Shown here: piece after piece, positions 38,901-43,814 of the stretch
Numbering within the stretch: the first letter of the stretch is position 1
Layout: the number at the start of each line of letters is the position of its first letter
DNA from: an uncultured Clostridia bacterium
GTDB taxonomy: Bacteria; Bacillota; Clostridia; TANB77; CAG-508
NCBI GenBank assembly: GCA_948852945.1
Contig: CAQPBJ010000004.1
Coordinates: 5,070 to 69,069, forward strand
Reading direction: 5' to 3'
DNA: 64,000 bases
Position numbers and translations under genes: made by a program
Notes under the pieces: generated by a model
Told to the model about the DNA's origin: nothing
Database searches by the model: none
Seen by the model: only the letters and a program-made list of their open reading frames with translations

Positions 38901-41685
38901 GTACTTTTACTGTATAGTTAAATACAAAGTCTTTTCCTGTTGGCATTACATAGTCGCCTAAGTCTATTAAAAATGTTTTGATATTATCCCAGCTTTCTAC
39001 TTCTTCAGCTGTTTTCCAGTTATTTTCTGTGTTTTCAAGATTTGTTGTTGGATTTTCATTTTCTGAATAATATATTGTTGCTACTGCTTGTAGTTCTTCT
39101 GGAACAACTATTCCTTGTTCTGTCATTTTAGTTGTAAAGCTTGAATTCAAGTTTGCTTTACTTATTATGTATGTGTTTCCTTCGAATGGTATTTTTCCTA
39201 ATATTTTAATATCACTTATTGTACTTGCATAATTATTTTTTATTTGTGTTCCTATTGTTGCTGTTTGTTCTTCTTGTTCTTGGTCTACTACTGCATATTG
39301 TGGACGTATATCTGCTACTTGTGGTGATATAACTACACTTTCTTTATCATCATAATTCGTTGCTACTTGGTTTGTTAATAAGCTATTAGGTGATACCATG
39401 CTTATACTTGCTGATGTGTGGTTTACAAATTCTGTTGTATTCAAGTTATTATTTACGTCATATGCATCTTCTGCTTTATAGTAATAGTCGCTTCCATTTT
39501 CATTTGTTGCGTATAGTTCTATCTGTCTTGTAGTTGTTGCAATTCTTGGGTCTGGTGATAAGTCTACGTCTAGTGTTATTGTAAATGTTTGTGGTGTATT
39601 ATTTTTTGTTACTATCTTTATAAATCTTTGTCCATTTTCTTCTATTACTTCGTAGCTTTCAATAGTTACACTACTATTGTTTACGTTTACTTCATTTAAT
39701 TGTACATCTATTATCTCTGTTGGTACTTTTACTAAAAATATTCCGTTTTGCCATTCTGTTTGGTTATTTGATGCTGATGTTTTTGTTGTTATTGTAATTT
39801 TGTCGTTTTTCTCTGTTTCTTGCGTTGATATTGTATTTTTGCTAATACTAATTGTTGCTACTGATACTGGTGCCTCGTAGTTTGCTGTATGTCTTGTTGT
39901 TGCTGTTCCATCTCCTACTATGCTTCCTGTTAATGTTGATTTTATATATTGTAGTTCATCAAATTGTTCTCTTTCATATTTTGTTGTTATTTTTTCATCA
40001 TCTATTTCTTTTATGTTATATACATAAAAGTTTACTTCTTTTTTAACAATCTCACTTGTTTCTATTCGTATATGTTTTACTGGTAATGCGTATTTATATG
40101 GATTACTTGATGTGTATTTATCCCAATTATCTTTTGTAAATGTTTCTATAAGTTCGTCTGTTTCGTTGTTATATACTTTTATCCATCCATCATCTCCTAG
40201 CATTTGACCTGCTCCGCTAAAGTATATTCCAACATTTTGTACTACATCGTCTGCACTTTCATTTTCTGAGTTTGTTTTAATAAATACATCTGTTACGCCT
40301 GTTTCTTCTTGCATTATCATTCCTGCTGTGCTTGCATTTGTTCCTACAAAACCTTTCCACATAACTGTGTAAGAGTCATTTTCCTCTTTTTCGCTTTCAC
40401 CATTGTATATTCTTAATGGCTTTTGTTTTGATACAACATATCTGTAAGATGGTTCATATACGTATTTTCCTACTTTTATTTCAAAGCTTGTAGATTTATC
40501 GTTATTTGGTATTGAGTAATATACTAAGATTGTTGATCTAGCTACATTTGATTTATATGGATTAGTAAATTCTGTATTTGGGTTATTATATCCTTCGTAG
40601 TATGTGCTTACTGGTACTCGTAATTGTACTGCTTCTGTTCCTAAACTTTGGTAAGCTTCTAGAGGATATATTACTTTTATTCCATAGTTGTTAGTTCTTG
40701 ATAAGCTTGTAGTTATTTTTCCGTCTTCTCCTGCTATTGCTTCTCTTTCTACTGTAAATGTTCTTGTTTCTTTGTCATAGCTAAATGTTGCATTAGTTCC
40801 TGTATATGTTACTTCTATTGGGTCAAAGCCATTTAGCTGTGGTATTGTTCCTTCTACATGATTTTTCTTTAGTATTAATGCGTTTGCTGTTTCTTCTGTG
40901 TATACTGTAAATCCTAGGTTTACTATTCCTTCTTCCTCATTTACAGCATTAGATATATTACCATTTTGGTTTGTTGTATATATTCTTGTTGATGTTTTTC
41001 CATACCAATCTATATTAAAATTTACTTGTTTTGTTACTGGGGTTTCATTTCCTGATTCGTCTACATATGTTCCTGTTAAAGCTACACTATTTACTTTGCT
41101 GTAGTTATTAGTATTATTTCCTATTGCAGATATTTTGCCTGAAGTGTAAGTGTAATCCCCACTTCTTACAACACCTGTTAATAACTTTTGTGTCCCGTTA
41201 CTTAAATTATTAAATTCAATTTCTTTTATGTTGTTACCTATGTAGTTTTGTTTTAATTCTTGGTCTTTAGGAAGAGTTGTTTGTAAGTAAAAGTTTTTAC
41301 CATCTATAGTTATTTTAGCGTCTTTTAAATATCCTTCTGTTTGAACATTTAATTCCATGTATAAAGTATCGCTTGTTCCTATTTCTTTACACGTTCCACG
41401 TAGGCTCTCTGCGTAGCCGTCTGCATCTAAATCACGCAAAAAGAACGCATCGAATTTAACATTATCTGTTCCTTCGATAGCGTTATCACCTTCTTGAACT
41501 TGAGCATATGTCATTGCTCGTGCAAATTCAGCGCTATTTACTTTTTGTTTTTTAGTAAAGTGTTCTTCTTTGAAAATAAAGCTACCTACAATTGCTATAA
41601 GTAATAATAAAATTATTGCAATTGATAGTACTTTAACTTTCTTATTTTTCAAAATTCCCCTAATTTTTTCTACTAAATTTCCCAT
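26929..41685 (-). CDS. Giant cell-surface adhesin (4918 aa) with multiple repeat classes
   Basis: Single uninterrupted ORF. The N-terminus has a signal-anchor (VLSIAIILLLLIAIVGSFIF). SpaA/Cna-B-like domains follow (for example GATYSFREI..TNLYAERTYEIKEIKSPDEYEL). Then come 14 WAKxIGGS..DGG..GG repeats, three 130-aa modules and many MucBP-like units (V.VHHYIEGT...YYY). The C-terminus has a hydrophobic helix and a KKK tail. Confidence 0.93.
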   Translation of the reverse strand: MGNLVEKIRGILKNKKVKVLSIAIILLLLIAIVGSFIFKEEHFTKKQKVNSAEFARAMTYAQVQEGDNAIEGTDNVKFDAFFLRDLDADGYAESLRGTCKEIGTSDTLYMELNVQTEGYLKDAKITIDGKNFYLQTTLPKDQELKQNYIGNNIKEIEFNNLSNGTQKLLTGVVRSGDYTYTSGKISAIGNNTNNYSKVNSVALTGTYVDESGNETPVTKQVNFNIDWYGKTSTRIYTTNQNGNISNAVNEEEGIVNLGFTVYTEETANALILKKNHVEGTIPQLNGFDPIEVTYTGTNATFSYDKETRTFTVEREAIAGEDGKITTSLSRTNNYGIKVIYPLEAYQSLGTEAVQLRVPVSTYYEGYNNPNTEFTNPYKSNVARSTILVYYSIPNNDKSTSFEIKVGKYVYEPSYRYVVSKQKPLRIYNGESEKEENDSYTVMWKGFVGTNASTAGMIMQEETGVTDVFIKTNSENESADDVVQNVGIYFSGAGQMLGDDGWIKVYNNETDELIETFTKDNWDKYTSSNPYKYALPVKHIRIETSEIVKKEVNFYVYNIKEIDDEKITTKYEREQFDELQYIKSTLTGSIVGDGTATTRHTANYEAPVSVATISISKNTISTQETEKNDKITITTKTSASNNQTEWQNGIFLVKVPTEIIDVQLNEVNVNNSSVTIESYEVIEENGQRFIKIVTKNNTPQTFTITLDVDLSPDPRIATTTRQIELYATNENGSDYYYKAEDAYDVNNNLNTTEFVNHTSASISMVSPNSLLTNQVATNYDDKESVVISPQVADIRPQYAVVDQEQEEQTATIGTQIKNNYASTISDIKILGKIPFEGNTYIISKANLNSSFTTKMTEQGIVVPEELQAVATIYYSENENPTTNLENTENNWKTAEEVESWDNIKTFLIDLGDYVMPTGKDFVFNYTVKVPNGVEFNQVAYSHHGVYFSLDTENGKYKTQTEPNKLGFRIAEKYDLELNKYQIGKEKIVPGATYSFREITTNEERLEIAGEAKTGVTNLEGILRLTNLYAERTYEIKEIKSPDEYELNGDTIRFISHVNKTTGELTVEKISGTTKDEITVTKNEGENYKLIVNVEDEAKANLKITKVEQGTDVRVSRVRYKLTGYGFPENGKTVTTNINGEINLKGLKINEEYTLEEVKADGYYLASQIKFKVVNTDGTYTIEIIEGTVKESLIIEEDSIPTVNMTLEDEKIPTYNLELVKIQKKTNVNMTETEEETSDNTEETVYLAGAKFKLYKGTKELGEFITDENGKITIPNLYQYVEEKAEQEKAQYVLKEVLAPEGYAKVKDINFKVEAKDGTLQFVEELVEGQTAKQYTVEGNKVIVTVEDNPSFKLIKKDAETGELLANVKFAIYNVDNGEVPARNSKGEIIGTKETINGRGYYTVSTDANGEITADLQEGLYKAVEVEAPNKYDINKSEYYFGIGASREGKTKIEAEWAKGIGGSGGRDYIYSVTETSDGGIIAGGWIESNSIDLGNGIVVTSKNNKLYSSDGIVIKYDAEKNVEWAKAISGNTGEHINSVIETNDGSYIAGGIFYSEKIDLENGVVLKNNSKGNYDGMIIKYSSKGEVECAKVIGGSSDDKINSVIAMSDGGYIVGGTFNSKSVDLGDGVVLNNKGTYDGMIIKYTSEGKVEWAKEIGGSDQDGIESISETADGGCIVGGSFSSEIIDFENGVTLKNYGNYRDGMIIKYSSEGEVEWAKAINGSSNEFVYSVAETSDGDYIVGGYFSSKTLDLGNGIILNSETTCSGMIIKYNNNGIVEWAKGITGQSTEDRINKVIETKDKGYIAVGQFSRPTVDLGNDIILQNKGYRDGVIIKYNEEGKTEWAKGVGGSESEEIKAVVETMDGGIIVGGLFNSNSIDLESQVVLSKKGRHADGMIIKFNEVQVPEVVIKQAKGIGGSESDNIESVVATKDGGYMIAGYFGGSSIDLGNGEVLNNDLSCQRIIKYEKNGNVEWTKVINIKIYSVIETRDGGYIIGGWFRDSTIDLGNEVVLNSNGKDDGVIIKLDSSGEVEWAKEIGGNKQDVIESLKETRDGGIIVGGWFYSNNINLGKGIVLNNKGHCDGMIIKYNSEGEVEWAKGIGGSNNDHIKVVTETRDGGIIVGGDFDSTIDLGRGVILNSKGDGDGIIIKYTTDGKVEWGKAIGGSGYDKITSVAENRDGGIIAGGNFRSIEVNLENGVVLKNKNSTNKASEGMIIKYDTEGSIEWAKAIGENSNDYVEAVTTTSDGGYVVGGYFESNSIDLGNEIILNNNDTSYYSDGMIIKYSSKGETEWAKAIGGKGSSDYINSVIETRDGSYVVGGWFNSSTIDLENGLVLNKKGSSDVMIIKIAEEMGIPDIEELVVENTRKEFKITTDVNEIDNIKGGNISGEDWTPYEKVKYGDNGTKEIVMTPDENYEIIGITINGEEYPFEINEDGSYNMPQFENITEDKHIEVTYSYKENKITINKIDSITKEKLTGAKFKLDQLEERANPENVIGDLTANGQIYDTVDTENQETIDGILTSNGKETVIADKSNDITDSLGELTNNGTYYFIKQDGKYVPTNSKTYQVANGGTSGKHSTTANSYIPIDLTGKEGKYIVTINAEVISQSSNDYGYATITETTTAPSYSTSTGRFIYISGTQASSNYTSKVLDGGKIYYLHLGYRKSASTDTGDDQIVINSINVYATTTTSYNFVESEGKYIPNNLSEVNTTANSYIPIDLTDKEGRYAIVVNAETNYTGGSGYLYATLNESVIAPTYSTSTGRFMYITSTSTAKDYVTYVDGGKQYYLHLGYTHSSGTPTNVSINGVSLYKDKQFTYNFVENEGKYESNNQGQDNRTANSYIPIDLTGYVGKYNLTVNAEIESQSGYDMGYATVTENTTRPAYNSSTGRFIYISGTQKAKDYNTVLDGGKVYYLHLGYYKNASTSFGEDKFTINSINVTTNDSELYHTEVETNSDGQAITQIPFGKYELTEIETPEGYWTLEEPVIIEFRADGIHEFNIENEKKAKVIVHHYIKDTTTPLAEDEMLEGRPNEEYKTLPKVDLEKYELEKDENGEYIIPTNAMGTYTVEDIEVTYYYVPKEIPLTVKHYIEGTETSVPLEDGSLAEDEVYIGQEGEEYETSSKNDIDWKYELVKEPENKKGTYEYSEVTVTYYYKLKNYDITTEVVGHEEVNEAGETITVKGGTISGEGQETYENVIVDETSTKDIIVEADEKYKIKSIKVQKIDAEGTITEEEITLEENTKTYTLDKFNNVITDIKVIAEFEKLQGTVTVHHYIEGTTNKVPLKDGTEAQDENSTGYVGDMYATKAREDITDKYRLVQEPENASGNYIEGNIEVIYYYQAIPAKVTVHHYIEGTTDKVPLGDGSLAQDEVINGFVTDDYTTSKANVDNKYELVAIPANSEGKMTEDEIIVTYYYRLKDTSVLVHYYKEGTTESISEDALIEGKVDDEYTTEEADDIPNYYELVEEPENKNGIMTVEQTVVTYYYKLKEYSYVVNYLEKDTNEVLHEQKQGGNYEYGTTIDANTEKIDIDGYIFDSFNKEILTITNGENVINIYYTKRTDLSYKVNYLEKDTNKVLNPQKDQDGMKFAEVITSSNEIIDIDGYTYDSVDKPFLVITTGENILNIYYVKRNDLSYKVNYLEKDTNQVLNIQKVVNNMTFEDVITASNEIIEIDGYNYDSVDRETLTITTEENVINIYYTKRNDLSYKVNYLEKDTNKVLNPQKVVDNVTFEDVITSSDEVIEIDGYNYNSVDKDNLTITTGENIINIYYTKRNDLSYKVNYLEKNTDKVLSTQKVVNDVTFEDVITSNDEIITIDGYNYDSVDKETLTITTEENVINIYYVKRNDLSYKVNYLEKDTDKVLSTQKVVNDVTFEDVITSSDEIIEIDGYNYDSVDKDELVIQTGENLINIYYTKRNDLSYKVNYLEKDTDKVLSTQKVQDGMIFEDVITSSDEVITIDGYNYDSVDKDELVITTEENAINIYYTKRNDLSYKVNYLEKDTNKVLSEQKVVNNVTFEDVITSSDEIITIDGYNYDSVDKETLIITTSENVINIYYTKRTDLSYTVNYLEKDTNKVLKDQKVVDNVTFEDVINSEDEVVDIYGYNYDSANIDELVISTKDNVINLYYTKKDATVVVHHYKEGTTEKVANDVTVTGKVGDDYETTIAEDLPSKYELAQAPVNATGTMTEDTIEVIYYYKLKSTKVIVHHYEEGTTNKLSEDVEIEGLIDSTYTTTSADDIPIKYILVETPANATGIMTEEVIEVTYYYAVKDAELNIYYLEKDTDIELAKPEKQTGKVGEMYRTDAKEIEGYTLVENSGNTTGQLEVEPLTVIYYYLKNTRATVQYIDITTGEILDERTETGLVGDEFVTETKTFDDYILVQEPEQKTVNMTKDEIVLKYYYLHVSGGVIEQHIDVISGDVLYNGTHEGNEGDEYNIPSKTFTGYDLVEDRLPANSEGYMTVSPITVTYYYIHRAKVTAQYIDKTTGEKITPDVVENGHEDDPYTTENKVFEGYKLVQVPENSNGNMTKEDTIVTYYYVRETLGVVERHLDVLTNEALVAEKQYYGYAEDPYETHEQTIPGYDLVRDRYPENATGKMGIEQIVVTYYYSKKTQVQVKYVDKITGEEIAEEEVINGHKGDNYKAEEKEIPGYDLVEVPTNKEGTMTDDITEVIYYYIRPAKVIANYYDIDTKETIAAEEVIDGHEGNEYETVEKEVKYYNLVEMPQNAKGNMTAEDTRVDYYYKKKDFNLKVEKQVKEIAYNGQVLSINGNIGKVELDKNKIASTEMVVTYEIKVTNTAELKGGAELIENIPSGMTMNELDNKDWVIHEDTAILSVEDLEPGQERSYNVVMRWTPSENNLGMKENIAEIVKVDNEAGFEEITIEDNKGKADLVISIKTGAEDDNTIVKLAILAIFAILGITVTVIIKKK
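29330..31245 (-). repeat. Nine tandem in-frame repeats of 213 nt (71 aa) inside the giant gene
   Basis: The units read DLSYKVNYLEKDTNKVL..QKVVNNVTFEDVITSSDEIIEIDGYNYDSVDK..LTITTEENVINIYYTKRN. A 213-nt periodicity of the antisense string CTTTTTCTAAGTAGTT is visible at about 29520, 29730, 29945, 30155, 30365, 30575, 30790, 31000 and 31210. Confidence 0.85.
32880..34080 (-). repeat. Three copies of a module of about 130 aa inside the giant gene
   Basis: TANSYIPIDLTGKEGKYIVTINAE..GYATITE..TAPSYSTSTGRFIYISGTQ..GGKIYYLHLGYRK occurs three times, with divergence between copies. Confidence 0.8.
34650..37335 (-). repeat. Fourteen repeats of about 64 aa, beta-propeller-type by pattern, inside the giant gene
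   Basis: Consensus: VEWAKxIGGSxxDxIxSVxETxDGGYIVGGxFxSxxIDLGNGVVLxNKGxxDGMIIKYxxxGE. I counted 14 WAK-type starts. Confidence 0.8.
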
Positions 41686-41985
41686 CTCTAAGTAACTCCT
41701 TTAAAACAAATACTAATATTTAAATAATCTTAGTTTTTATTTTAAATACTTATTAGGCTCTGTCAATGCCAGTTTTTTCAGTTATTTGATTTTAATTTGT
41801 AGGAAATTTTCTCTTTGTTTGCTATAACCCTTATAAACACTTCAAAAGCTACGTACCACTTATTTCCAATTAAAAATAAGTAAAAACTTAATATCCTTTA
41901 CTTTACAAATTTCAATTTTTTCTAGGGAAATCAAGAAATTCTTTAATTTTATTTACTATTTTAGCTTTAAAATTTTTTCATTATA

Positions 41986-42139
41986 AAAGAACAATAGTGG
42001 GCTGATAAAAATTTGCTAAACTTTAATAAGCAACGTTCAGCCCACGTTTAATTGTTCGTCCGCGAAAATTCTGAAAGAATTTTCTGTGGAATGTATTTAT
42101 ATTATAGGAAGTTCGGAGAACTTTCCTATAATATAAAAA
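41986..42139 (+). repeat. 154-bp direct repeat, copy A (three-hairpin element)
   Basis: Base-for-base identical to 48544-48697. Hairpin 1 is GAACAATAGTGGGCTGA..TCAGCCCACGTTTAATTGTTC. Hairpin 2 is GAAAATTCT-GAA-AGAATTTTC. Hairpin 3 is TATATTATAGGAAGTTC-GGA-GAACTTTCCTATAATATA. Confidence 0.95.
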
Positions 42140-42159
42140 AAGCAGGTTTATAAACCTGC
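42135..42159 (-). terminator. Terminator of the small peptide gene
   Basis: GCAGGTTTA/TAAACCTGC stem. On the minus strand it is followed by T7. Confidence 0.7.
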
Positions 42160-42179
42160 CTTAGTATATGTTTTATAAA

Positions 42180-42284
42180 TTATATCAACATTTCTTTATC
42201 AACTTTACCTGCGAAAATGCTTGGTAAATGTTCCATATCATAATTATTATTCATTTGTGCAAAATCGTAATTTTCAAAATCCAT
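42180..42284 (-). CDS. Small acidic 34-aa peptide
   Basis: RBS AAAGGAGATAGAAAAT precedes ATG 42284. The product is MDFENYDFAQMNNNYDMEHLPSIFAGKVDKEMLI. It sits between two terminators, so it is a separate transcription unit. Confidence 0.45.
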   Translation of the reverse strand: MDFENYDFAQMNNNYDMEHLPSIFAGKVDKEMLI

Positions 42285-42400
42285 ATTTTCTATCTCCTTT
42301 TGTTTAGTTTTTCCAACGACATATTTATTATACCACTTTTTTGTTTTTATGTAAATCTTTGTTAACAATTTTTTACTATTTTGTAATTTTTTTCTTAAAT

Positions 42401-42441
42401 AAAAAACGGGACACCGGAGAACAAATTTCGTTCTCCGGTGT
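42401..42441 (-). terminator. GC-rich terminator
   Basis: ACACCGGAGAAC / GTTCTCCGGTGT 12-bp stem. On the minus strand it is followed by CCCGTTTTTT. Confidence 0.85.
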
Positions 42442-42470
42442 TTAATCATTGCATACTTAGATTCGGTGGC

Positions 42471-42833
42471 TCAGGAGTCACCTTCCTCTTTTTTCTGCAT
42501 CTCCGCCATGGTTATTCTTTCTCCATTCTTGCACACGATGTACACTTTTGCCGGATGATCGCTCATATATTTTAACATTTCGTCAATAAATATATCAGTT
42601 TTTCCGGCCAGTGCCACCCTGTTTAAGAAATTGTCGTATGCCGACGCGGAGCAGTATAATGTGATGTTGTTGACTGTAAGTGTTTGCCTTAATCTGTTGT
42701 AGGCCTCTTTTTCATGCTCCATGAACATGCCATAATAGTATTCCTGCATCAGTTTCACTTCTTCATCTTCGCAACACATTACATGACGTGTTTCTTCTTT
42801 TGGCTTCCGCCATTTTTTGAAAATATCTAACAT
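42471..42833 (-). CDS. Hypothetical protein (higher-GC islet)
   Basis: 120 aa with no recognisable motif. I counted 27/60 G+C at 42481-42540, against 13/60 at 43801-43860. Confidence 0.6.
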   Translation of the reverse strand: MLDIFKKWRKPKEETRHVMCCEDEEVKLMQEYYYGMFMEHEKEAYNRLRQTLTVNNITLYCSASAYDNFLNRVALAGKTDIFIDEMLKYMSDHPAKVYIVCKNGERITMAEMQKKEEGDS

Positions 42834-42983
42834 GATTTTCTCCCTTCGTGCTAATGTTGTTATGTAACCTATTGTTTATTATACTCTAATTCTCGCTTTT
42901 TGTAAACTTTTGTACTTTCTAATCTAAAATAATTTCTTGACTTTTCCTTATATAGGTATTATAATTTTATCGTTATCTAAATC

Positions 42984-43059
42984 GGGCCATTAGCTCAGCT
43001 GGTAGAGCAGCAGACTCTTAATCTGAAGGTCCGGGGTTCGATCCCCCGATGGCTCACCA
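42984..43059 (+). tRNA. tRNA-Lys (anticodon CUU)
   Basis: Sequence GGGCCATTAGCTCAGCTGGTAGAGCAGCAGACTCTTAATCTGAAGGTCCGGGGTTCGATCCCCCGATGGCTCACCA. It folds as a cloverleaf with anticodon loop CT-CTT-AA and an encoded CCA end. Confidence 0.93.
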
Positions 43060-43081
43060 AAACGTTCCAAAAACCAAATGA

Positions 43082-43112
43082 AAACTCACTGATTTTACAA
43101 GTGAGTTTTTTT
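43082..43112 (+). terminator. Terminator after tRNA-Lys
   Basis: AAACTCAC / GTGAGTTT stem followed by a T run. Confidence 0.65.
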
Positions 43113-43166
43113 CATTGTACAAATATAGAATAATTTCACATTTTATTATAGAAAGAGGTGATATTT

Positions 43167-43439
43167 ATGGCTCAAACATTAGTTAATTTTAGAATAGATG
43201 AATCAACAAAAAAACAAATGGAACAAATATGTAGTGAATTAGGAATAACAATGTCTACTGCATTTAATATATTTGCTAAAAAAGTAATTCGTGAAAAGAG
43301 AATACCTTTTGATGTTTCTATTGACCCATTTTACTCTGAAAGTAATATGAAAGCATTATCAAAATCAATAAAAGAATTAGAACAAGGCAAAGTAGTTGTA
43401 AAATCAATGGCAGAATTAGAGGCGATGGCAGATGAATAA
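43167..43439 (+). CDS. relB: RelB/DinJ-family type II antitoxin
   Basis: RBS AGAGGTG. The product is MAQTLVNFRIDESTKKQMEQICSELGITMSTAFNIFAKKVIREKRIPFDVS..., which has a ribbon-helix-helix N-terminus. Confidence 0.8.
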   Translation: MAQTLVNFRIDESTKKQMEQICSELGITMSTAFNIFAKKVIREKRIPFDVSIDPFYSESNMKALSKSIKELEQGKVVVKSMAELEAMADE

Positions 43440-43440
43440 T

Positions 43441-43579
43441 TTATCATTTACAAAAGCCTTTAAAAGAAAATTTAAGTGGCTATTGGAGTAGAAGAATTGA
43501 TGAAGCTAATAGATTAGTTTATAGAATAGTAAATAGTCAAATAGAAATAGTACAATGTAAAGGGCATTATAACAACTAA
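43441..43579 (+). pseudogene. 5'-truncated YoeB/Txe-family toxin remnant
   Basis: Only the C-terminal part survives: ..LKENLSGYWSRRIDEANRLVYRIVNSQIEIVQCKGHYNN*. The ATG that overlaps the antitoxin stop is in another frame and terminates after 19 codons. Confidence 0.65.
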
Positions 43580-43814
43580 TAAGTTTAGTAGTAATTCTGA
43601 GCAAATAATAAAAGCACCACATTACGCTTCGCCAAGCTATGTGGTGTTTGTCATATTTATATGGTAGCACACATTTCTGTGGCTCTCATTTTCTATTTAT
43701 ATTATACAAAGATAATAAGACTTTGTCAAAAATGCTTTATTCTAAAATATAATCTTATGCTTGAATATTACTTCTATTATGTATACAATTATAAAAAAAT
43801 ATGGAGTAAAAAAT

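Noticed and set aside
42285-42449. The longer 89-aa version of the 42180 ORF
   Set aside because: The N-terminal extension reads through the terminator hairpin of the upstream gene (42401-42441) and has no RBS. Only the 34-aa version has a proper Shine-Dalgarno sequence.
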